DNA from: Octopus sinensis
Lineage: Eukaryota
Assembly: GCF_006345805.1 (NCBI RefSeq)
Contig: NC_043023.1
Coordinates: 16,244,001-16,308,000, forward strand
Direction: 5' to 3'
Length of the DNA: 64,000 bases
Position numbers and translations under genes: made by a program. This document shows positions 13,018-27,841 of the stretch, piece by piece (within the stretch, counting starts at the first letter, position 1; each line of letters opens with the position of its first letter). Under the pieces are notes generated by a model that ran no database searches, was not told where the DNA came from, and saw only the letters and a list, made by a program, of their open reading frames with translations.

Positions 13018-13412
13018 TCTTTATATATAAAAGTGAGGTGTGTGTCTGTCTCCTACGATTTAGATTCCTAACACTCCCACATTTGGCCGTGCCAGTTTAA
13101 CCAAAACCAACCGGGTTATCTATAGTCGTGATTCATATCGAGAACCGTCTGGGTATTAGCGCGCGTCTACGATGAGTCTACGATTTAAAAAAAATTTACC
13201 ATCAATTTTTCCCATTTTTAATCCATTTTTGACATATATAAGGGAAGTAACTCTCTAAAATTATTATTAAATCTCAGAACGTAAAAAGCTACAGTAACAC
13301 CCCTCCCCTTTGTGGTTAGCCATATTGAGATGGCTATTATACTTTACATATCTAAAAATGCTTATATAATTATTTCCCTACAAACCCGAGCAACGCCGGG
13401 CGATACTGCTAG
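13018..13412 (+). mobile_element. Complete non-autonomous Helitron
   Basis: 5' TC at 13018, 3' hairpin CCCGAGCAACGCCGGG at 13385-13400, CTAG at 13409-13412, inserted between A and T with no TSD. Confidence 0.88.
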
Positions 13413-13534
13413 TGTATGTATATATATATGTATGTATATATATGAATGTATATATATGTATATACATATATGTATATATATATATGTATATATACATATA
13501 TATGTATATACATATATGTATATATATATATATG

Positions 13535-13599
<65 letters not shown>

Positions 13600-13729
13600 G
13601 TATATACATATATATACATGTATGTATATATATATATATGTATATACATATATGTATATACATATATGTAATATATATATATGTATACGTATATATATAT
13701 TTATATGTATACGTATATATATATATATT

Positions 13730-13775
<46 letters not shown>

Positions 13776-13931
13776 GTATATATATATGTATATGCATATA
13801 ATGTAATATGTATATGGTATATATATATATATATATATAGGGAGAGTTTACGAAAATAAACAAAAGACGAAGACAGGTGGTGTACAAAACAAACAGATGT
13901 ATTAGTATAATGGCTCAGGAATAGAAAAATT

Positions 13932-13967
13932 CTTTTACGTTTCGAGCCTACGCTCTTCGACAGAAAG
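13932..13967 (-). ncRNA. Degenerate minimal hammerhead motif lacking helix III
   Basis: CTTT-CTGTCGA-A-GAGC-GTAG-GCTC-GAAA-CG-TA-AAAG; core A6 is U. Confidence 0.45.
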
Positions 13968-14613
13968 GGACACACAAAGAAACAAAAAGAGAAAAAGATG
14001 TGTGTAGTGGCTAACGATCTATCATGGGGACGGCCATATACATACACATACATACATACTTTTCTTAAAGCTGCAAATTTATCACAAAACTGTTAATCTG
14101 AGTGTCAAGTTTGCATTCAAGAGACAGGTGTGATGGAAACATTCCATTCCAACTGTCCAACGAACAAGAACGTGAAACTCTGAGAAACAGTTTTGTAATA
14201 ATTGGACAAACATTAATAGAATTTTTTATTCATTCAGAAATTATCTTAAATGGAATATATATATGAATATTATGAAAGAACAGCTTTTATTAAAAATATC
14301 AGAATTGATAAGGATATATAAAAATATAGTGTTAGTAAGTTGTTATAACATGCTGTTATATCTTCTTTATCATCTGGATACATTTATTGTTATATAAGAT
14401 ATTCCTTTCTACAAATGACTTTTGATATTGATACAGTCACTCTTCTCTATGATGAGAAATATATCTGTAGTTAATTGTCTTTTTTGAGAGAAGGATATAC
14501 CACAGAATCAGTTACATGGTTTCGCTTCCATATCAATGTGTGTCTGTGTTTATCTAAGAGATTTATTTGAGAGAACCATTCACCACAGATATCACAATGA
14601 CATGGTTTCTCTC

Positions 14614-15720
14614 CTAATGAATGAGTCTGTGAGTGGTCAAGTGATCTATTTCAGAGAATGATTCACCACAGGTGTCACAATGATGTGACTTCACCCCTGA
14701 ATGAACACCTTTGTGTCTACTTAAATGTCCCTTTTGAGTGAATGATTTACTGCAGATATCACAGTGATATGGCTTTTCACCTGTATGAATACGTTTGTGA
14801 TTAGTTAAGTTAGCTTTTACAGAGAATGATTTACCACAGATATCACAGTGGTAAGGTTTCTCACCTGTATGGACAAATCTGTGAGTGGATAAGTCACCAC
14901 TTTGAGAGAATGATTTATCACAGATATCACATTGATATGGCTTCTCTCCTGTATGAATACGTTTATGTACAATTACACCACTTTTGTGAGTGAATGATTT
15001 ACCACAGATATCACAATGATAAGGTTTCTCTCCTGTATGAGTAAGTTTGTGCATAGCTAAGTTAACTCTCACGGAGAATGATTTACCACAGATATCACAC
15101 TCGTAAGGTTTCTCACCTGTATGAATAAGTTTGTGAGTAGCTATGTAACTATTTAGAGAGAATGATTTTTTACAGATATCACATTGATATGGATTCTCAC
15201 CTGTATGGGTACGTTTATGTACAGTTACAGCACTTCTGTGGGGGAATGTTTTACCACAGATATCACACTGATATGGTTTGTCTCCTGTATGGGTAAATCT
15301 GTGTGTAGCTAAAACAGCACTTTGAGAGAATGATTTACCACAGATATCACATTGATATGGTTTCTCTCCTGTATGGATAACCTTGTGAGCAGCTAAGTTA
15401 CCATCTCGAGAGAATGATTTACCACAGATATCACACTGAAATGGTTTCTCGCCTGTATGAATACGTTTATGTACAGTTACAGCACTTCTTTGAGCAAATG
15501 ATTTATCACAGATATCACAATGATGTGGCTTTTCCCCTGTATGAGTAAATTTGTGAGTAGCTAAGTTAACTTTCACAGAAAATGATCTACCACAGATATC
15601 ACACTGATAAGGTTTCTCACCTGTATGAATAAGTTTGTGAGTAGCTATGTAACTCTTTACAGAGAATGATTTACCACAGATATCACAGTCGTATACAGAT
15701 TTTCCTCTTTCTTTTGGCAT
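14614..15720 (-). CDS. C2H2 zinc-finger protein, copy 1 (368 aa, 13 fingers, no effector domain)
   Basis: First in-frame ATG at 15720 ([19 protein letters not shown]); 13 CxxC...HxxxH units with TGEKP-type linkers; AATAAA on minus at 14383-14388. Confidence 0.92.
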   Translation of the reverse strand: MPKERGKSVYDCDICGKSFSVKSYIATHKLIHTGEKPYQCDICGRSFSVKVNLATHKFTHTGEKPHHCDICDKSFAQRSAVTVHKRIHTGEKPFQCDICGKSFSRDGNLAAHKVIHTGEKPYQCDICGKSFSQSAVLATHRFTHTGDKPYQCDICGKTFPHRSAVTVHKRTHTGENPYQCDICKKSFSLNSYIATHKLIHTGEKPYECDICGKSFSVRVNLAMHKLTHTGEKPYHCDICGKSFTHKSGVIVHKRIHTGEKPYQCDICDKSFSQSGDLSTHRFVHTGEKPYHCDICGKSFSVKANLTNHKRIHTGEKPYHCDICSKSFTQKGHLSRHKGVHSGVKSHHCDTCGESFSEIDHLTTHRLIH

Positions 15721-16143
15721 CTCTGCAGCTAAAACTAACAAAACTCCAAGATTCTCACACAATTCCTCTTTCTGTAATTTTTTCTTCAACAAAGTGGTCT
15801 GGAAATTTCTTTCTTCTTGTTCTATATTTTATCCTAACAAATGTTACAACTGCCATATTTTATCAAATATAAGCTTTGCTGATATCTTCAGATGTTGCAA
15901 ATGTCTTTGTAAATTTATCCAAGTTTATTCAGAATTCAAATTTAGGTTGTACTCATTTCAGAGTGAATCCAAGAAATTTCACCAATAATGTCACTCAGAA
16001 GAAATATTTTACTGTAATTCACAGTTAATTTACATAAACAGGGTTCTTATATCCAGTTCTGTGTAACATCATCTTCAAAATATGATAAATATTGATGACG
16101 CTTCTGCAGTAAAATTCCTCTGATGCCAATGTCCTCTGATATT

Positions 16144-16963
16144 CTGAAATAAGAGAGAAACAACAGTTTAAGACAGAGTGTAGCTTGGTTATGACAAAGG
16201 CTTGGTGTTCATTTATATACGACATTTACTGCTAGATTTTTTTTTAAACAGGCTTCATGAAAATACAGACTCAATCTTATATGAACATGTATTTGAGAGG
16301 AGTTGAAGGCCTTCAACAGATAACATTGTGTAACAAGATTTTGGGCCTTGGGTCGCAATTGTTATTCCTTATTTGTTAACCCCTAGACAGTTTGAAAAGT
16401 AGCTAAGATCTCCCTCAAACTTTTCTTTTCTTATGATATTAATTCAAACCCCAAAGAATCCCTCTAAACCCACAGCTTTGGCACTCCCCACCACTTCTCC
16501 TGCTCATCATCAGAGATGCACATATTGTTAGTCACTAATGGACATGGTCAAGTGGTTATCGTCAAGCAACTGACAGGCAAATCTGTGGCATTGAGCAGAA
16601 TATTTGCTACAATATTTCTGCTTCAGCAACTCAGCACTGAAACCATTTGAAGTGGAAGGGAAACAGGTCAGTTTCAAAACATTGATGTCCAAGTAAACAG
16701 AATGATACGTACATAAGTAATATATATTTCTTTACCGCCCACAAGGGGCTAAACATAGAGGGGACAGACAAAGGAATTAAGTCGATTATATCGACCCCAG
16801 TGCGTAACTGGTACTTAATTTATTGACCCTGAAAGGCGAAGTCGACCTCAGCGGAATTTGAACTCAGAACGTAACGACAGACGAAGTACCGCTAGGCATT
16901 TCGCCCGGTGCGCTAACGTGTCTGCCAGCTCGCCGCCTTGGTACATAAGAAATATAGGCAGCC

Positions 16964-17009
<46 letters not shown>

Positions 17010-18244
17010 AAAGGAAGATTGAAGGACAGCACTATATACACACATGCACACTTCACACAAGGACACATAGAGAGACACACATCCATGCACAACAGATGTA
17101 TGCACAGTCACAAATACCCATACACAGACACACAAGGAGACAGACGTACACACACAAACACATGAATATGCAGAATACATACATAGATACGAACGTGCGG
17201 CTGCGTGGTAAGTAGCTTGCTTACCAACCACATGGTTCCGGGTTCAGTCCCACTGCGTGGCACCTTGGGCAAGTGTCTTCTACTTTAGCCTCGGGCCAAC
17301 CAGAGCCTTGTGAGTGGATTTGGTAGACGGAAACTGAAAGAAGCCCGTTGTATATATGTATATATATATATATAAATATATGTATGTTTGTGTGTCTGTG
17401 CTTGTCCCCCTAGCATTGCTTGACAACCGATGCTGGTGTGTTTATGTCCACATCACTTAGCGGTTCGGCAAAAGTGACCGATAGAATAAGTCCTGGGCTT
17501 ACAAAGAATAAGTCCCGGGTCGCGTTGCTCGATTAAAGGCAGTGCTCCAGCATGGCCGCAGTCAAATGACTGAAACAAGTAAAAGAGTAAAGAGTAAAAA
17601 TTTCAGTTATCTCTTTCTTTCACACATTACTCTCTCTCTGTCTCTTCACACACACTAACAGAAGCACTTCACTTACACAACATACTGTCTGTCTCCCACA
17701 CCCCCATCAAACACACACACACACACACACACATGTACATCAATGCTTCCCCTGGACGGTAACTTCAAAAGAACTTCCCTCGTCATACAATCGCCTTTTC
17801 TTAGTCTCTTTCGCTCTCATTACTTCAGAAGTTCCCGCAAGCCCATATGTAAAAAGAAAAAAATTTTTTACGGAAATCGACGGAAAGGTCTACTAGAGAC
17901 GAAAGATTGCCCCATGGCGTAACTTCGGTATAAGTACCGGATACATTTCAAGGTGTGTTTTTTTATATATGCGGGTTTAGGGTTAGGGGTGAGAGAAAAG
18001 GGGTTTCTGTTATCTCCAGAATATAAACAAAGTCAAGTGTGTACCTATACCGAAGGATCACCCTATTGGGTTTATTGTCTTCACTCAGTTTTTTTTCCCG
18101 ATAATTACTGAACAGAGAGAGAAAAAGAAAAAGAAGTGGATGTAAATAATACTGACACATTAATGATGAATCTACTGTAGAGACGGATGTCCAAATGAGA
18201 ACTTTAGCCAAGGTAGACAATGACGGAATATATATAACACTTAC
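16144..18244 (-). other. Putative 5'-UTR intron of ZNF copy 1
   Basis: Donor G/GTAAGTG at 18244 and acceptor TTCTCTCTTATTTCAG at 16144; equivalent sites at 25286/23199, 31800/29712 and 40475/36527. Confidence 0.6.
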
Positions 18245-19049
18245 CTATCGTTTATAGACCCTGTGGAGGAGGAAGATATCACAATAAATCCAAGGTGGAC
18301 AATGACAGTAAGCAGGTAACATAGATAGAGATCCAGCAAGGAACAAGTCGCAGTACGTTCAAGCAAGTCAGAAATTAAACCGAGGTCGACTTTGCCTTTC
18401 ATCCTTTCGGGGTCGATTAAATAAGTACCAGTTACGTACTGGGGTCGATGTAATCGACTTAATCCGTTTGTCTGTCCTTGTTTGTCCCCTATGTGTTTAG
18501 CCTGGTGGGTGGTAGCAAAGAAAGAAATAGGTATATAGGGTCCGGCAACGAAGTCGCAGAACGTTGAGGCAGACAGAACTTTAGCCAAGGAAGCGAATGA
18601 TGGCTTCGTAAGAAATTCTAGGTTTACCATGAATGCTGATTATATTATTAAGATCAACGTAGTAAAGAATGCAGGAGATAAATGATTGATATTGTTAATT
18701 AGCAATCACGTCTATTAAATTAAATGTTGGCTAATTATCTGTTAAACGAACGAGACAGGTGATAATGTAGGCGAGGGTCCATCAACGGCAGGGAATGAAA
18801 AATATTGCGGGAAAACGTACAATGGGGAAGTAACTCTGCATTTAAGCTGGGATTATCTAGAGTTCAGTGGGTACATCAGTTCGACGTGGTGGTCCTTCAG
18901 GAAGCTCTGAGTTTTATGAACTAATAAAGGTTCCACATTTTGGTACGAGGCCAGCAATATGGAGAAAGGGACGAGTCGATTACACCCACGTCCCTGTTTA
19001 TCTTGTACTTATCTTTTTTATTCGGTGGTGATAGGATGAAAAGTAAAGT

Positions 19050-19522
19050 GGATCTTTTCTGTTTGACCGGCAGTTTTTAAAAATAATTTCCACGTAACTA
19101 AACACTTTTCAACTTCCTATACTGGTAGAATGTGTTTATAAAGCATCTTTTTCTCTTGGCTTTATTGAGAAAATTCTGTAGTTTGTAAGATATTTGTTGT
19201 TTCTTTTCTTCAATTTCTGCAATTTCAACCAATCAATGACGTCTATTGAGGTAAAGAACATTCTGTGCCGTATGAAAATTCCCCTCGTTTAAAAAACAGA
19301 TTGGGTTTATTTACATTTCTGAAGAAAAAGGGATCTTTTCGGTTTGAACGGCAGTTTTTCTAGTGGTGTCATGAAATTGTCACCCATAATTATGACCCTA
19401 GTATCGATCTATTGCATTTCAATCTGTTTTAGGGTTATGAGTGGGGGGAAGGGTAATTTTCTTTTTTTTCCACAAATGTAAATAAACCCAATCTATTTCT
19501 TAAACGAGGGACATATTCATAC
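19050..19522. mobile_element. Composite of two opposed pieces of a TIR element (termini GGATCTTTTCnGTTTGAnCGGCAGTTTTT)
   Basis: Terminus at 19050 and again at ~19331; same composite at ~26088-26560 and 32599-33076; other pieces at 38450-38940, 39109-39397, 41199-41385. Confidence 0.7.
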
Positions 19523-20978
19523 TGCCTTTAAGCAGTACAAAAACAACAAAAAAGTGGAAGGTGCAGTTATGACAAAAGAAAAGCAGGACAAAAACGATGC
19601 ATGCAAATGGGTTGGCTGGAGGTAAATCTAGATGGAAAAGCATGAGGAATTTATGAGAACGCCCCTGGGACAATAATATATATATAATTATAACAAAGGG
19701 TTATTTGCAACAAGTTGCTTAAACCACATACCGAAAATATTAGAAATAGCAGCCAAATAGGCTACTATTACTATTACTACAAAAAGAAGTCTCCACAAAC
19801 AACAGTATTTGCAACCCGTATATGGTAGAAGGAATGAAGACAACGAAATCACACAGTCTACTTTATATATATATATATATATATACGCACGAGCAAAATG
19901 CACCCCCACCGTATAATGGAATGTGCTGAGTTGTCAAACATTTAAACCAAATTTTCTCAAGGCAACTTCTCCGACCGCTCCATAGGCCTCCCCTTTGAGA
20001 AACACTGATTTAACCTAAATTAGGGACACCAGCAAAAGAAGAAATAAAGATAGACTTTTTTTCTATTCCAAAGAAAAACGATTTTATTCACAAAAATATG
20101 CAACCGAAGAGTTTAAAGTACCAGTAATTATAAGGCTGTTGACTGGGAGAACACAAACATGTTTTAAACAGTAAGCTTGGCAGGAAAGAAATGTGCCTTT
20201 AAGCAGGACAAAAACAACAAATAATGGAAGGTGCAGTTATGTACAGGTTGACGGAAGAAAAGCAGGACAAAAACGGCTTTATTGATTGCATTCTCACCTG
20301 GAATCAATTTTTGTAATTTTTTCAAAGACTAATACACACCCTGATACAGTCGGTATCTACAAATCAAATTTAAGTGCAATCGGATGAATTATAAGGCTGT
20401 TGACTGGGAGAACACAAACATGTTTTAAACAGTAACGTGGCAGGAAGAAATTTGCCTTTAAGCATGACAAAACAACAAATATGGGAAGGTGCAGTTATGT
20501 ACAGGTTGACGGAAGAAAAGCAGGACAAAACGGCTTTATTGATTGCATCTCACCTGGAATCAATTTTGTATTTTTTCAAAGACTAATACACACCCGGATA
20601 CAGTCGGTATCTACAATCAAATTTAATTGCATCGGATTGGATGATGCCCGAATCCGAGAAGACACACATACAGACAGACATTAACGGATTTTATATAAGA
20701 GATTTATGAAAAACAGCTTTTATTAAAAATATCAGAATGTAGATATTGATGGGGATAAATAAAATATCGTGTTTTTGTTATATCTTCTTTATCATGTGGA
20801 TACATTTATTGTATATAATATTCCTTTCAACAAATGACTTTTGATATTGATACAGTCACTCTTCTCTATGATGAGAAATATATCTGTAGTTAATTGTCTT
20901 TTTTCAGAGAAGGATATACCACAGAATCAGTTACATGGTTTCTCTTCTATATCAATGTGTGTCTGTGTTTATCTAAGC

Positions 20979-21197
20979 CAGTGCTTTTCAAACTTTTTAC
21001 TAGAGCGAAACCCCAAGGAAACATTCCACTGGCTCGAGGAACCCCTGTGCAATAATTTAATAGTCTTATGCACACATATCTGCACAGGAGAATTAAAAAT
21101 AACTGCTGATTTTAGCAATTTTGCAACTTCTTGCGGAACCCCTGGACTGTGCTGGTGGAACCCTAAGGTTCTGTGGAACCCTGGTTGAAAACCACTG
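20979..21197. mobile_element. hAT (Charlie-like) MITE in the 3' UTR of ZNF copy 2 only
   Basis: TIRs CAGTGCTTTTCAAAC / CAGTGGTTTTCAACC; 8-bp flanks ATCTAAGC and ATCCAAGA; empty site ATCTAAGA in the other three copies. Confidence 0.88.
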
Positions 21198-21259
21198 ATC
21201 CAAGAGATTTATTTGAGAGAACCATTCACCACAGATATCACAATGACATGGTTTCTCTC

Positions 21260-22772
<1,513 letters not shown>

Positions 22773-25700
22773 CTCTGCAGCTAAAACTAACAAAACTCCA
22801 AGATTCTCACACAATTCCTCTTTCTGTAATTTTTTCTTCAACAAAAGGTCTGGAAATTTCATTTCTTCTTGTTTCTATATTTTATTCCTAACAAATGTTA
22901 CAACTGCCATATTTTTATCAAATATAAGCTTTGCTGATATCTTCAGATGTTGCAAATGTCTTTTTAAATTTATCCAAGTTTATTCAGAATTCAAATTTAG
23001 GTTGTACTCATTTCAGAGTGAATCCAAGAAATTTCACCAATAATGTCACTCAGAAGAAATATTTTACTGTAATTCACAGTTAATTTACATAAACAGGGTT
23101 CTTATATCCAGTTCTGTGTAACATCATCTTCAAAATATGATAAATATTGATGACGCTTCTGCAGTAAAATTCCTCTGATGCCAATGTCCTCTGATATTCT
23201 GAAATAAGAGAGAAACAACAGTTTAAGACAGAGTGTAGCTTTGGTTATGACAAAGGCTTGGTGTTCATTTATATACGACATTTACTGCTAGATTTTTTTT
23301 AAACAAGGCTTCATGAAAATACAGACTCAATCTTATATGAACATTGTATTTGAGAGGAGTTGAAGGCCTTCAACAGATAACATTGTGTAACAAGATTTTG
23401 GGCCTTGGGTAGCAATTGTTATTCCTTATTTGTTAACCCCTAGACAGTTTGAAAAGTAGCTAAGATCTCCCTCAAACTTTTCTTTTGTTATGATATTAAT
23501 TCAAACCCCAAAGAATCCCTCTAAACCCACAGCTTTGGCACTCCCCCCCCACTTCTCCTGCTCATCATCAGAGATGCACATATTGTTAGTCACTAAGGGA
23601 CATGGTCAAGTGGTTATCGTCAAGCAACTGACAGGCATATCTGTGGCATTGAGCAGAATATTTGCTACAATATTTCTGCTTCAGCAACTCAGCACTGAAA
23701 CCATTTGAAGTGGAAGGGAAACAGGTCAGTTTCAAAACATTGATGTCCAAGTAAACAGAATGATACGTACATAAGTAATATATATTTCTTTACCGCCCAC
23801 AAGGGGCTAAACATAGAGGGGACAGACAAAGGAATTAAGTCGATTATATCGACCCCATTGCGTAACTGGTACTTAATTTATTGACCCTGAAAGGCGAAGT
23901 CGACCTCAGCGGAATTTGAACTCAGAACGTAACGACAGACGAAGTACCGCAAGGCATTTCGCCCGGTTCGATAACGTGTCTGCCAGCTCGCCGCCTTGGT
24001 ACATAAGAAATATAGGCAGCCAAGCAAACACACACACACACGTGCAAAGGAAGATTGAAGGACAGCACTATATACACACATGCACACTTCACACAAGGAC
24101 ACATAGAGAGACACACATCCGTGCACAACAGATGTATGCACAGTCACAAATACCCATACACAGACACACTCAGACGTGCACACACAAGGAGACAGACGTA
24201 CACACACAAACACATGAATATGCAGAATACATACATAGATACAAACGTGCGGCTGTGTGGTAAGTAGCTTGCTTACCAACCACATGGTTCCGGGTTCAGT
24301 CCCACTGCGTGGCACCTTGGGCAAGTGTCTTCTACTTTAGCCTCGGGCCAACCAAAGCGTTGTGAGTGGATTTGGTAGACGGAAACTGAAAGAAGCCCGT
24401 TGTATATATGTATATATATATATAAATATATGTATGTTTGTGTGTCTGTGTTTGTCCCCCTAGCATTGCTTGACAACCGATGCTGGTGTGTTTATGTCCA
24501 CATCACTTAGCGGTTCGGCAAAAGTGACCGATAGAATAAGTACTGGGCTTACAAAGAATAAGTCCCGGGTCGCGTTGCTCGATTAAAGGCGGTGCTCCAG
24601 CATGGCCGCAGTCAAATGACTGAAACAAGTAAAAGAGTAAAGAGTAAAAATTTCAGTTATCTCTTTCTTTCACACATTACTCTCTCTCTGTCTCTTCACA
24701 CACACTAACAGAAGCACTTCACTTACACAACATACTGTCTGTCTCCCACACCCCCATCAAACACACACACACACACACATGTACATCAATGCTTCCCCTG
24801 GACGGTAACTTCAAAAGAACTTCCCTCGTCATACAATCGCCTTTTCTTAGTCTCTTTCGCTCTCATTACTTCAGAAGTTCCCGCAAGCCCATATGTAAAA
24901 AGAAAAAAATTTTTTACGGAAATCGACGGAAAGGTCTACTAGAGACGAAAGATTGCCCCATGGCGTAACTTCGGTATAAGTACCGGATACATTTCAAGGT
25001 GTTTTTTTATATATGCGGGTTTAGGGTTAGGGGTGAGAGAAAAGGGGTTTCTGTTATCTCCAGAAATATAAACAAAGTCAAGTGTGTACCTATACCGAAG
25101 GATCACCCTATTGGGTTTGTCTTCACTCAGTTTTTTTTTCCCGATAATTTACTGAACAGAGAGAAAAAGAAAAAGAAGTGGATGTAAATAATACTGACAC
25201 ATTAATGATGAATCTACTGTAGAGACGGATGTCCAAATGAGAACTTTAGCCAAGGTAGACAATGACGGAATATATATAACACTTACCTATCGTTTATAGA
25301 CCCTGTGGAGGAGGAAGATATCACAATAAATCCAAGGTGGACAATGACAGTAAGCAGGTAACATAGAGATCCAGCAAGGAACAAGTCGCAGTACGTTCAA
25401 GCAAGTCAGAAATTAAACCGAGGTCGACTTTGCCTTTCATCCTTTCGGGGTCGATTAAATAAGTACCAGTTACGTACTGGGGTCGATATAATCGACTTAA
25501 TCATCCGTTTGTCTGTCCTTGTTTGTCCCCTATGTGTTTAGCCCCTGGTGGGTAGTAAAGAAATAGGTATATAGGATCCGGCAACGAAGTCGCAGAACGT
25601 TGAGGCAGTCAGAACTTTAGCCAAGGAAGCGAATGATGGCTTCGTAAGAAATTCTAGGTTTTACCATGAATGCTGATTTATATTATTAAGATCAACGTAG

Positions 25701-26891
25701 TAAAGAATGCAGGAGATAAATGATTGATATTGTTAATTAGCAATCACGTCTATTAAATTAAATGTTGGCTAATTATCTGTTAAACGAACGAGACACGTGA
25801 TAATGTAGGCGAGGGTCCATCAACGGCAGGGAATGAAAAATATTGCGGGAAAACGTACAATGGGGAAGTAACTCTGCATTTAAGCTGGGATTATCTAGAG
25901 TTCAGTGGGTACATCAGTTCGACGTGGTGGTCCTTCAGGAAGCTCTGAGTTTTATGAACTAATAAAGGTTCCAAATTTTGGTACGAGGCCAGCAATATGG
26001 AGAAAGGGACGAGTCGATTACACCCACGTCCCTGTTTATCTTGTACTTATCTTTTTTATTCGGTGGTGAAAGAATGAAAAGCAAAGTGGATCTTTTCTGT
26101 TTGACCGGCAGTTTTTTAAAATAATTTCCACGTAACTAAACACTTTTCAACTTCCTATACTGGTAGAATGTGTTTATAAAGCATCTTTTTCTCTTGGCTT
26201 TATTGAGAAAATTCTATAGTTTGTAAGATATTTGTTGTTTCTTTTCTTCAATTTCAGCAATTTCAACCAATCAATGACGTCTATTGAGGTAAAGAACATT
26301 CTGTGCCGTATGAAAATGCCCCTCGTTTAAAAAACAGATTGTGTTTATTTACATTTCTGAAGAAAAAGGGATGTTTTCGGTTTGAACGGCAGTTTTTCTA
26401 GTGGTGTCATGAAATTGTCACCCATAATTATGACCCTAGTATCGATCTATTGCATTTCAATCTATTTTAGGGTTATGAGTGGGGGGAAGGGTAATTTTCT
26501 TTTTTTTCCACAAATGTAAATAAACCCAATCTGTTTGTTAGACGAGGGACATATTCATACTGCCTTTAAGCAGTACAAAAACAACAAAAAAATGGAAGGT
26601 GCAGTTATGACAAAAGAAAAGCAGGACAAAAACGATGCATGCAAATGGGTTGGCTGGAGGTAAATCTAGATGGAAAAGCATGAGGAATTTATGAGAACGC
26701 CCCTGGGACAATAACATATATATAATTATAATAAAGGGTTATTTGCAACAAGTTGCTTAAACCACATACCGAAAATATTAGAAATAGCAGCCAAATAGGC
26801 TACTATTACTATAAAAATAAGTCTCCACAAACAACAGTATTTGCAACCCGTATATGGTAGAAGGAAGGAAGACAACGAAATCACACAGTCT

Positions 26892-26930
<39 letters not shown>

Positions 26931-27841
26931 GAGCAAAATGCACCCCCACCGTATAATGGAATGTGCTGAGTTGTCAAACATTTAAACCAAATTTTCTCAA
27001 GGCAACTTCTCCGACCGCTCCATAGGCCTCCCCTTTGAGAAACACTGATTTAACCTAAATTAGGGACACCAGCAAAAGAAGAAATAAAGATAGACTTTTT
27101 TTCTATTCCAAGGAAAAACGATTTTATTCACAAAAATATGCAACCGAAGAGTTTAAAGTACCAGTAATTATAAGGCTGTTGACTGGGAGAACACAAACAT
27201 GGTTTAAACAGTAAGCTTGGCAGGAAAGAAACGTGCCTTTAAGCAGGACAAAAACAACAAAAAATGGAAGGTGCAGTTATGTACAGGTTGACGGAGGAAA
27301 ACCAGGACAAAAACGGCTTTATTGATCGCATTTTCACCTGGAATATATTATTGTAATTTTTTCTCACCTGGAATCGATTTTTGTAATTTTTTCAAAGACT
27401 AATACACGCCCTGATATCGTCGGTATCTACATATAAAATTTAAGTGCAATCGGATGGAGGATGCCCAAAATCCGAGAAGACACACAGACAGACAGACAGA
27501 ACGGATTTTATATAAGAGATTATGAAAAACAGCTTTTATTAAAAATATCAGAATGGTAGATAAATAAAAAATATAGTATTTTGTTATATCTTTATTATCA
27601 TCTGGATACATTTATTGTTATATAAGATATTCCTTTCAACAAATGACTTTTGATATTGATACAGTCACTCTTCTCTATGATGAGAAATATATCTGTAGTT
27701 AATTGTCTTTTTTCAGAGAAGGATATACCACAGAATCAGTTACATGGTTTCTCTTCTATATCGATGTGTGTCTGTGTTTATCTAAGAGATTTATTTGAGA
27801 GAACCATTCACCACAGATATCACAATGACATGGTTTCTCTC

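Noticed and set aside
14614-15720. Constant-repeat/variable-spacer pattern resembling a CRISPR array
   Set aside because: The 84-bp period is the coding C2H2 finger unit in a eukaryote; no cas genes.
15721-16143. Possible coding N-terminal effector domain upstream of the fingers
   Set aside because: Upstream frames close with stops and differ by indels between copies; treated as 5' UTR.
17976-17990. TTAGGGTTAGGG as an interstitial telomere
   Set aside because: Only two units, embedded in a dispersed TIR element.
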